DNA of 64,000 nucleotides from Macrostomum hystrix (lineage: Eukaryota > Animalia > Platyhelminthes): positions 2,914,001-2,978,000 of the forward strand of contig CATNEN010000037.1 of NCBI GenBank assembly GCA_950097015.1, given 5' to 3'. Below the pieces are notes generated by a model. The model saw nothing but the letters and a program-made list of their open reading frames with translations. It ran no database searches and was not told where the DNA came from. This document shows, piece after piece, positions 1 to 9,500 of this stretch (its first letter is position 1; each line of letters opens with the position of its first letter). Position numbers and translations under genes: made by a program.

Positions 1-1947
1 CTCCTTGAACAACGAGTAGTCGCAGCCAACTGGCAGCTTGCTGGCCGGCTGGATGTGATTAAACAGGGCCCAGAAGTCTTCCACAAAGCCGAAGCTGGTC
101 ACCTGCTTCTGGTTCTCGTTCCAGGTCTTGTGCCGGTCGTTCTTGAAGAACCAAAGAGTCCAGCTAAAATGCAACGGGAGATTTTAGTAGGCCATTAATA
201 GAAGATAAAGATAGAAATGACACTTGATCCATATAGGCTAGTTGTACAACCGGCAATGACCCAGCCGAAGAGCAAATTCGCGATCCGCGAAATCATTCAC
301 TGCGCCGCGTATCTAAAGCCTGAGTAAAGTAGTTAAAATTATTCTCCTAGCTGACACCATTTTAAAGCTGGACAATTCAAGCCATTGGAAATTTTTTCTC
401 TGGCTTAATAGGGTGGATAAATAGTTTCCCTAGTCCCCAGAACTAAAAAGTAACATTCGCTAGAAAGTCATTACAAGGAGGTGACGTCAATTGGACGGCG
501 CACTTTTAATAATTCTTAAGCCATTTTAGCTACATTATAGCAGAAGAGAAGAAGCCATTTGGTTGCATGGGTGAGCGAGCTAGTGGAATATTTTCCGCGT
601 AGGCGGGGCTGTCCTTTCTTGTACAGCGGTTTTCACGCGACAGTTGAAATGCATTTGGCCAGTAAATTTATTTTCCTTATACCGATAGCTGTTAGAGGCT
701 AGTTGGCAAGCCAAAGGCTTCCATGGAAAATCGATAAGATACACTGTACAAAACAGTTTTCTGAATTTGAGCCTGTTTGACAGCCAGAAGCACTAGTATG
801 CGCGCAAATTTGGTGTACAAAAAACCTTTACAATATAGAAAAGCATTTAGTATAGGTGGATTGCACTAGTTACATTTGTGATTGATATTCATAATGCCAT
901 CATGAAGTCATACAGTTTGTACGATAGCCAGAAAAAATTGTTTCTTTAAAAAGATAGAAATCAGACTGTTCTCCCAATATAACGGGAAGCTAGCATGGTA
1001 GAAGACAGGCTGAAAAGAGTCACGACCTTCGTTTAGATGAGGGGTCGGCAATCTCCGGCCCGCAGGCCAGATGCGGCCCTCGAAGCTTCCAAATCCGGCC
1101 CTTAGCTCCTCCTAACACCCTCTACAGTACACCCTATCTCATCTCTCCCCTTTTTCATCTCTCCCCTGTCTCATCTCTCTTGCGTCTTATCTCCCCCGTC
1201 TCATCTCTCATCTGTTTCATCTCTCACCTGTCTGATCTCTCCTGTGTCTCATCTCTCCCCTTTCTTCATGCGGCCCGCCGTCATCTTCAAGATTCTCTCT
1301 ATAGCCCGCGGGGTATATAAGGTTGCCGACCCCTGGTTTAGATCTGCCATATTTAAACGAAGAATTGTGTTGTTATTAAACTTTAAATTAAGCAGCACAT
1401 ACCACCCGATCAGTTACAGAGGTTAGAAAGTAGACTTCAGACTTGTTTGCGAAGTAGAACAATGGAATTTCAAGAAGGTAGCACGAACAAGCACACAGGC
1501 AGACTAGCAAAGACAGGTAGAGAGAGGGAGTAAGTAACAAATGACGTGCAATATGTGCAGACGGAATGCAAATCTCTAGTAGAGTCTAAAAAACAAAACA
1601 ATAAAAAACTGTCGTGAATAGTAATATACATTAAAGATGTACTTCTAACCTCCTAATATTTTCATAACACGTTTTGTTTGTCTGGAAATTATGCTAATTT
1701 CATGGGAAATAAGTACAACATTACGATACACGAACCCTAAGCCGACACAAATAAATTGGTCTTACCGGTTGTGTAGCGGATGCTTATCCGGCATCTGAGC
1801 TGTCTCACTTCCACCACCGCCGTTAATGTCGACAGCGGGCGAGGCCTCGTCCGAATCGCCCAGAGATTTGGCGTCTTTTAAAGCCTTGGTGGAATCTTCT
1901 CCTTGAGACGCTTGAGTTGAATAGTTCGCTTCATTCTCAGTGGCCAT
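1..1947 (-). CDS. EIF4E: Eukaryotic translation initiation factor 4E, 5' part (coding exon 1 1947-1766, exon 2 163-<1; continues off the window)
   Basis: Spliced translation ...KHPLHNR|WTLWFFKNDRHKTWNENQKQVTSFGFVEDFWALFNHIQPASKLPVGCDYSLFKE matches the eIF4E core (HPL..RW.LWF, VEDFWAL, DYSLFK). GT donor at 1765, AG acceptor at 165-164, and the phases fit (CG|C = Arg). Confidence 0.95.
1039..1335. mobile_element. Non-autonomous hAT-type MITE in eIF4E intron 1
   Basis: TIRs (g)AGGGGTCGGCAA / TTGCCGACCCCTG and a perfect 8-bp TSD GTTTAGAT (1031-1038, 1336-1343). Internal TCATCTCTC repeats. Confidence 0.85.
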
Positions 1948-4850
1948 GTTTGTCAGCTTTAATTTCTATATTTCTTGTATCTTTTTTCGAAATTATTGAA
2001 ATTGTTTGAATTTGAGTTCCAAAAAAGAATTGGCTGCAAATCGAAAAATAGGATTTTGCGGAGTGTGCTAAACTAGTAGCAGTTTTAGAACGAGGCTCTA
2101 AAATCTACAATAAAGTGTTATTCTGTCTACTACTTTCAGATTGCTTTCATAAAGCCGTTGCAAAGGCCGACAACACGAGGAGAGAGGGCACACGCTTGTA
2201 GATAGGGAGGAAAGAGCTAGGCATTGGCTGGTGAGTGAGAGATTAGACAGCGGAGCGGGTGGCTGGCTAGCTGTAGGGCAGGGAGAGACATGCAGTCTGA
2301 CCAGGCAGTGTACAGCAGGCGTGCCAAGTAGGTCTACTGTGGAAGAAGTCGCCGTCGCCAAGGAAAAGGGGCGGGGCTCGGCAGCCGGTTCTCGCTGGAG
2401 TCTAAAAATAGAAGTTCCAGTGAACGAAAAAACTACACGCGCACACAAGCCGAGAGTTACGGAGAGTAGACAGTTTTAGAAGAGAATGGATTTCCACGAC
2501 ATGCAATGTACAGTCGAAGCTTAGAAAAAAGCGCGTAGTACTTTTCTGCCATTGTACAGAACCGTCACGTCAGAGCAACGTGCTCCTGAGTTGAAATTCT
2601 AAATATGGCAACTTCTAGTGACGCACGTTACTATGTGTTCACTTAACCCTCTAGTGTGCTTGGCCTTAGTCACGACCAATTGAAGCCAGATTGGTTCCCA
2701 AATTTCTTTTGCTGGAAATTTCGTTCAGGTTTCGTCTAGCTAATCGCCTTCCCTTAGGCTTACAAACAGTTAAATGCTAAACACAAATGCATGGAAAAGT
2801 ATTTAGTTCAACTGCTTAGCTCCATTCATTTCGGAACCCTGTGATATTTGGCTATGGTTGTACACTCCATCTAAAATCAATCAGGCATTATATTGAAAAT
2901 TTTGACTCAGATATAGAATTCATAAGACAACTTAATAAAAGTAACTGAATCATGAGCCAAATGTACAAATATAAGCATGATTAAAATAGATGTAGTTTTG
3001 TTTCTTCTAAAATTTACCTTTCTTTAACAGAATATCAAGATTCAAATGACCTTAAAATACATTTAGTCACAGAAATGATGAAGATTTCAGGGTCATAACA
3101 ATGTCATTTGTTACCAAGCAAAGTAGAAAAAATAAAGCATGAAGTAATAAGGTAAATACTGTAAAAGTTAAGTGTTAACAATAGCTTTATCTCTAACTAG
3201 TAAAAAATGTTGGCAAAAAGACAAATACAAATGTTACTAATGAAAAATATCACACTGTAGAAAAAATGAATACTTGGGTACTAACATAGACAAAAAAGAT
3301 CCATGAATAAGAACAAAAAAATACAATATTACATGAGTTTAGATATAAAAAATAAGTTAGCAGACATTAAGTATCAAGCATTTGGATAAGGTACCATGTT
3401 TTTTGAAGAAGTATAGACAAGCACATTGTATAACCTAATTATTCTGAAGGTCATGGACTTCAGTATAGAGAATTAAAGAAAGAAACTAGTTTTATTAATA
3501 TTATAATAATACTTTTACTTTTTTAAATCTTAGATATTACATAGTCAAGACAAAAAATCTTGACAAGAAAGACAAGAGAGGACCAACTGCTGATGAAAAT
3601 TTTATACATAGCTACATATTTATACAATATATCATTTACATATGTAGCAGTTATGCTTTTAAACAAATTAATTTAGCTCCAATATTGCATTTATAAAAAC
3701 TTTCAGTAGGCCTACCGCCTATTACTACTAGATTTCATTATAAAAGTAACAAATTTTCTTAGTATTCCAGATCTCTTACAAGTGTAGAAAGAATGCAATA
3801 AAAAGTGAAGAACTTTTTTAAAATTATCAATCTTTTTAAAAGTTTAGTTTGTACCTATTTTACTTATTATAAGAAACCTTTTTGTATATATATAAACAAA
3901 ACAGCATGCCAGAGTGGAATGAAAACCAATAACATTATAGTTAAGCAATGAGTTTGAAATGTGTTACTATGAGTGGACTAAAGGCCCTTAAAAAAAACTG
4001 TGTGTTTTGAGTGATACTCTTTAACAGAGAGAGAAATATATAGTGATAGGCCTTGTAACACAAGTCATTTTTGTCAATAAAATATTTACATAAGGTTAGC
4101 CCTAGTAACAAACTATGTTCTGCTTCTAGAGTTTTGGTTTTCGGAGAAGTAGAGATAATATATTTTAACAGTATTTTTCACTTCCCTAGACTTCTTAGTA
4201 ATAGACATTAATTATATATTGTGATATAGTGAATTGATAAAACAAAAAATGATTAGACTACTGTTCTTAAAATTAGTTTATGCATTTGAATATTGGTTAC
4301 TACTTGTAAGCATATGTCTATGTCTGTCTAGTTACTACATGTCTATGTTGCTTATTAAAAAAATTATTTGACTTATTTTGCAAGCTTTTCATTGACAAGA
4401 TTTTCAAAACTGATAAAGGTACACATAAATATAATTTGAACTGAGACAAGCAAAAGAAAACTTGTTATTTATTGTTAGAGTTACCATAACAAATAGCATA
4501 TAATATGTACGAGGGGTATTACAGACAGTTCTATATTATGGTTGTACAAGAATAGAATGTCCAAGTTAGCTACAATTCTACTCTCTGTACATATCTATTC
4601 TATTAAATGTAAACTGTAAATGTAAATGTCAATTAAACATTCAACTTGTATGTGAGATAGATAGAATTTTATTATTACCGTTTTAAAACTTTGTGATGTA
4701 AATAAATTTTGTTAGCAAATTATATTACAAAATGTATTCTATTATTATATTAGGTGCTTTTATTTTTCATATAGTAAATAGTATTTTCCTTTAAAAAAGA
4801 AATTAATTATAACATTTGTTTTAGTTTTTCCCGCCACCTCAAAAATTTCA

Positions 4851-4858
4851 TATAAATA
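4851..4858 (+). promoter_or_regulatory. Candidate LTR TATA box (TATAAATA); candidate polyA signal AATAAA at 5347-5352
   Basis: Motif match only. The LTR is AT-rich, so a chance match is possible. Confidence 0.4.
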
Positions 4859-4992
4859 GAAGTAAAATTGTATGTCTCAAAAATATACCTCGCCTTACCT
4901 CGCGCTCTCCCCGCTTGTCTTTGGCGATCAAACAAGAAAGCCAATTCAGCTAGTGTTCTCTAAAATTACATGACTTCGTGTTGATTCTTTAA

Positions 4993-5320
4993 GATTAGAA
5001 CTGTATTAGTTCTGGTCAAAGTTACGCTGTATAATAGTATTGAGCTGTATTAGTTCTATATTATTAACAGGGAGTAAACGTAGTGATCTAAATAAGACGT
5101 ATTGTCTTATTATTTAGGTTAAAATCAACGTATTGTTGATAATAATAAGACGTATTGTCTTATTATTTAGGTTAAAATCAACGTATTGTTGATAATAATA
5201 AGACGTATTGTCTTATTATTTAGGCTAAAATCAACGTACTGTTGATCTAAATAAGACGTATTGTCTTAGTAATTAGGATATATCAACGTACTGTTGATAT
5301 AAATAAGACGTACTGTCTTA
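4993..5320 (+). repeat. Array of 11 GTAYT-loop hairpins including a 53-bp tandem repeat (about 4.5 units); copy in the 3' LTR at 13224-13551
   Basis: Units start at 5091, 5144, 5197, 5250 and 5302. Stems: AATAAGAC/GTCTTATT, ATCAAC/GTTGAT, AGAACT/AGTTCT, GAGCT/AGTTC. Confidence 0.9.
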
Positions 5321-5577
5321 CTGTTTAGGGTGGGTTACCCTGGACAAATAAATAGAGTGAGATCATACGTAGTGTAAGGTCAGTCCTGATCGTGATTACC
5401 GGGCAACTTCAGTCCACCGCGTAAAGCCCCGGAAGACTGGAAATAGGATTTTAGGGAGTGCCTTACCGCTCGGGCACAGTCAGCTACCATAGTAACGCGT
5501 CATTCACGTGATACTAAATAGACAAATATAGAAACTAGGATAAATAATACCGCACACCCGAAACGGCTGCTACAACT

Positions 5578-5596
5578 TGGTGGCAGCGGTGGGATT
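5578..5596 (+). promoter_or_regulatory. Primer-binding site complementary to tRNA-Leu
   Basis: TGGTGGCAGCGGTGGGATT lies 3 nt after the LTR and is the reverse complement of the metazoan tRNA-Leu(AAG/TAG) 3' end AATCCCACCGCTGCCA+CCA (recalled tRNA sequence). Confidence 0.85.
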
Positions 5597-5638
5597 GAAA
5601 TCCGGTAAAACGCACGATCAGACTGGTAACAAATCAAA

Positions 5639-6562
5639 ATGGCTGGAATCAACGACGCCATCGGTCTATTAGCCGAAGAACTGCGAAACAGATTGGAATT
5701 AGGACCATTAAGACATGTAAAAATACAGAAATTCACACCCAGCCAAGACATAAGAATCTGGCTGACAGCTTTCGACCAAAGGTGCGACACGGAAGGAATC
5801 GATGAGGACCACCGAAAGCAAGAGTTACTGGCCAATCTAGACCTATCAACTGCTTTCGCCGCCGTCCAAAGATTGAACCTACCGGAAGAACTCACTTATG
5901 TCGAGTTTAAGGAAAGTCTAATTGAAAGATTTGGAAGATTGGGAAACTCCAGCGAATTCAGGGAAGAGTTCAGAGGTCGGATGCAAGGTCGTAATGAACC
6001 TACCGACGCGTTTGCCGACGTCCTGATTGAACTTGCAACCCGAGCCTTTCCGAATATGAATGGTGAACAGAGAGAAGAGGAGGTAGTGGAGCAATTTATC
6101 AAGGGAGTCAGAATTCCAGCGGACACCCGTGAAAAGCTGATATTTGCCCAGCCCGCCAACCTCCAGGAAGCTCGTCGTATGTTGCGCAGGATCGAAGCAG
6201 CCTGGCATATGTCTCACAAGTCAAGCGGTGTCCGAGCTATTAAGAATGAGGAGGATCGCCAGCTTGATAAATTTGATCTCATCATGAGAGAACAACAAAT
6301 CGAGATTGAGAGACAAAAGCAGGTCATTCAAGAGCTGAAACAGCGGATTGAGGAACAGCAGTCACAGCCACAACCGCTGATGAGTCAGCAATTTCAGCCC
6401 AGATATCCTGGAAACTCACAGTACCGACCCATGCAGGGACCGCATAACTATGCCAACAGCAGGGGCAGAGGTTGTGGTCAGCCCGGACCAATGAGAGCTG
6501 GACATCAGTACAGTGTGAGCCGTCCACCCCAGTCCCACCGGAACCCGGCCTCGGGAAACTGA
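5639..6562 (+). CDS. gag: Gag (307 aa; capsid-like, coiled coil, Q/P-rich tail, no CCHC knuckle)
   Basis: First ORF after the PBS. Retrotransposon capsid-like motifs (LIERFG...FRGRMQGRNEPTDAFADVLIELATRAFP). Confidence 0.9.
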   Translation: MAGINDAIGLLAEELRNRLELGPLRHVKIQKFTPSQDIRIWLTAFDQRCDTEGIDEDHRKQELLANLDLSTAFAAVQRLNLPEELTYVEFKESLIERFGRLGNSSEFREEFRGRMQGRNEPTDAFADVLIELATRAFPNMNGEQREEEVVEQFIKGVRIPADTREKLIFAQPANLQEARRMLRRIEAAWHMSHKSSGVRAIKNEEDRQLDKFDLIMREQQIEIERQKQVIQELKQRIEEQQSQPQPLMSQQFQPRYPGNSQYRPMQGPHNYANSRGRGCGQPGPMRAGHQYSVSRPPQSHRNPASGN

Positions 6563-9500
6563 GTGCCGAGGTGCGGATGAGGCCACGCCCCTCCAGTCAA
6601 GTCCCAGCGAACGTTCAGGCCTCCCAGTTCCGAATTCCGTCCCAGTACAAGTTTTGCTATCCTCGCAAAACGGTACCTGTCTGGAAGGCGTGTAAAAACA
6701 ATGCGATCACACATCATGTGATTCCAACATCACCAAATGCGTTTGCGTTACTAGCACCCAATGCGTCAACACCCAATGCGTCAGCACCCAATGCGTCAGC
6801 ACCCAATGCGTCAACACCCAATGCGTCAGCACCCAATGCGTCAGCACCCAATGCGTCAGCACCCAATGCGTCAGCACCCAATGCGTCAGCACCCAATGCG
6901 TCAGCACCCAATGCGTCAGCACCCATTTCTTCAGCCCCCAATGAATGTGTTTTTCCCAAGAATAAGAAAGAGCCCCGCAAAGCAAAGATGGCGGCAACAA
7001 CCAAGAAGCCTGCCCTCACAGCCAAAGTGGAACTGACCAAGCTGAATGGCTATGAAGCAGTTATCACTGGAAGTGTCAAGAATCAGTCCGTAGACTTCCT
7101 ACTAGACACTGGAGCTAGGAATAATTTCCTCAGCAAATCGACATGGTCAATAATTTTCAAACCAGACCAAATTCAAGAGACAAACAAGAGAGTGTCCACA
7201 TTTGATGGTACTCAGGTACAACTAGAAGGAGAAGTAACAACTAAAATGAGATGTGGCGACATCGAGCTGGAAGTAGAGTTCTTGCTTTGTCAGCATGACT
7301 GTGACGACATTTTGGGAATGGAGTTCTTTCTTAGTCACTGTGAAAGTATCCACCTTGCTAAGGGCATGTTGGTACTAAAGAAAGGTACCTGTGTTCCTAT
7401 GAAGTACACTCGTCTGCCAGTTCGAGTTTGCCGGGTATATACCCAAGAGAGAGTTGTAATTCCGGCTAATAGTGCACTCAGAATTCCAGTGAAGCTCGCC
7501 AGAAACAGTGAAGCCAACTATGGCACTCCTATGACCATCGAGACTATTGGAGATGGAGTGAGAACTAAAGAAGTAACTCTGGAAATGGCACCGACTCTGG
7601 TCACGATGCAAGAAGGAGTTGGGATCGTTGAGATCGTAAATCAACATGCAGTTGATGTCACCCTGTCGAAGTCAGCACTAGTAGGATTGGCGAAACCCAT
7701 GAAAGTGCAAGAACTTACTTATTGGCAGCAGTCTATAGAACCAGAAAGTCAACCTACCGGACGTGTGAATCAGACTCTAACCACAGAGGACGAGTGGATC
7801 AATGAAATAAACATTGGCCCCGAATTGGATGAAGAACAGCGGAAAGCTGTGATCGAATTAATAAAAGAACACAGAGAAGCATTTTCACAGGATGAATTGG
7901 ACATGGGTTTGACTAATCTTGTTACCCATGAGATTTTACTTAATGATAAGACGCCAGTAAGAATCCCAACTCGCCGGATTCCGCCTCATCTGCAAAAGCA
8001 AGTAGACGCGCAACTGGATGACATGTTAGCTAAAAACTTAATTAGGCCGTGTTATTCGCCATATTCAACACCTTTAGTGATTGTACCAAAGAAAGATGGG
8101 ACAATTAGAATCGTGAGCGACTTCCGAGTGCTCAATTCTCGAGTCAACTATGTGCCATACCCATTGCCAAATATTCAGGAAACATTTTCACATCTGACAG
8201 GCAGCGAGTATTTCAGCAGCCTGGATCTAAACTCAGGATATTGGCAGGTACCAATCAAAGAAGAACATAAATACATGACGGCATTTTCAACGCTAAACAG
8301 AGGACAATTTGAGTATGAAGTAATGGCGCAAGGACTATCGAATGCCCCAGGGACATTTCAAAGACTAATGAATTTAGTACTATTAGGAATTCAACATAAG
8401 TTCGCCATGTCTTATATAGACGACATAGTAACCTATTCCAAACAGTTCGAAGAACACCTAGAACATCTGAAAGAAGTATTTAAAAGATTAATTACAGCAG
8501 GATTGAAACTGAGGGCAAAGAAGTGCAACTTATTTCACCACGAGTTAAAGTACTTAGGGCACGTTATCGGAAGAGATGGCCTTCGTACTGATGAGGCCAA
8601 GATAGAAGCAATTAGAACATGGCCGAAGCCCAAAGATGTGAAAGAACTGCGTAGCTTTCTTGGCCTATGCAACTACTATTGTCGCTTTGTAAAGAATTAC
8701 GCTGAAGCAGCTCATCCACTTTTCCAGCTGACCCGAAAAGGTGTCCAGCAATTCCAGTCTAAATGGAATGAAGTGCATGACCAAGCGTTTGAGTCTCTGA
8801 AACAACGAATGATGTCCACAGAAGTCCTAGCATACCCTGAATTTGTCGACAATGAAAAAGTGAGAATGGTCTTAGACACTGATGCCAGCGATGGACGCAT
8901 TGGAGCCTGCCTTGGCCAAATCCAATCAGACGGCATAGAAAGACCAATTGCTTATTTTAGTCGTGCGATGAAAGAGTCAGAGAAACGTTACCCCATTACC
9001 CGGAAAGAACTATTGGCCCTTGTCGATGCAATGAAGCACTTCAGGTTTTACCTGATTGGAAAACGATTTTTGGCCCGAACAGATCATAAAGCGATCCTTT
9101 GGCTATTGAAACAGACGGAAGCAACAGGGATTCTTGGTCGTTGGGTGGAGCGCCTAAGTGAATTCCAGTTCGATCTTGAACATAGAAGCGGCGCAAAGCA
9201 CTCTAACGCGGACAGTCTGTCCAGAAGACCAGCTGAAACTGTGGAAGTAGGTCAAGAGGAAAGTCAAGGAGAGACCCCAGCTACAACCCCACCGACAGTC
9301 GAGAAAGAGAACCCGGCCCTAGCTGTCAAGAGTGAAAGTGTGGAACAGCCTAACAAAGATGGAGAGACCCAGGCTCCGCATCCCATTGCAAGGATCGAGT
9401 CAATTGTCTCCGGTGATGAAGGTGAAATGAGCGATCAGGAGGCCTCGAACGACTCATGTGTACTACAGCCGAGTCTGCCAAACGATCAATCAAATCACAA

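Larger units (their letters stand above)
4653..5574 (+). repeat. 5' LTR
   Basis: TGAGATAG...GCTACA. No differences from 12884-13805 seen by eye (constant offset of 8231). Confidence 0.97.

Noticed and set aside
2098-2479. Short ORFs upstream of eIF4E
   Set aside because: Non-ATG starts and no motifs; more likely promoter or 5' UTR sequence.
5091-5320. CRISPR-like array of palindromic repeats
   Set aside because: No unique spacers; it lies inside a eukaryotic LTR; no cas genes.
6754-6948. NAS repeats as N-glycosylation sites
   Set aside because: Gag-Pol is cytosolic and has no secretory signal.
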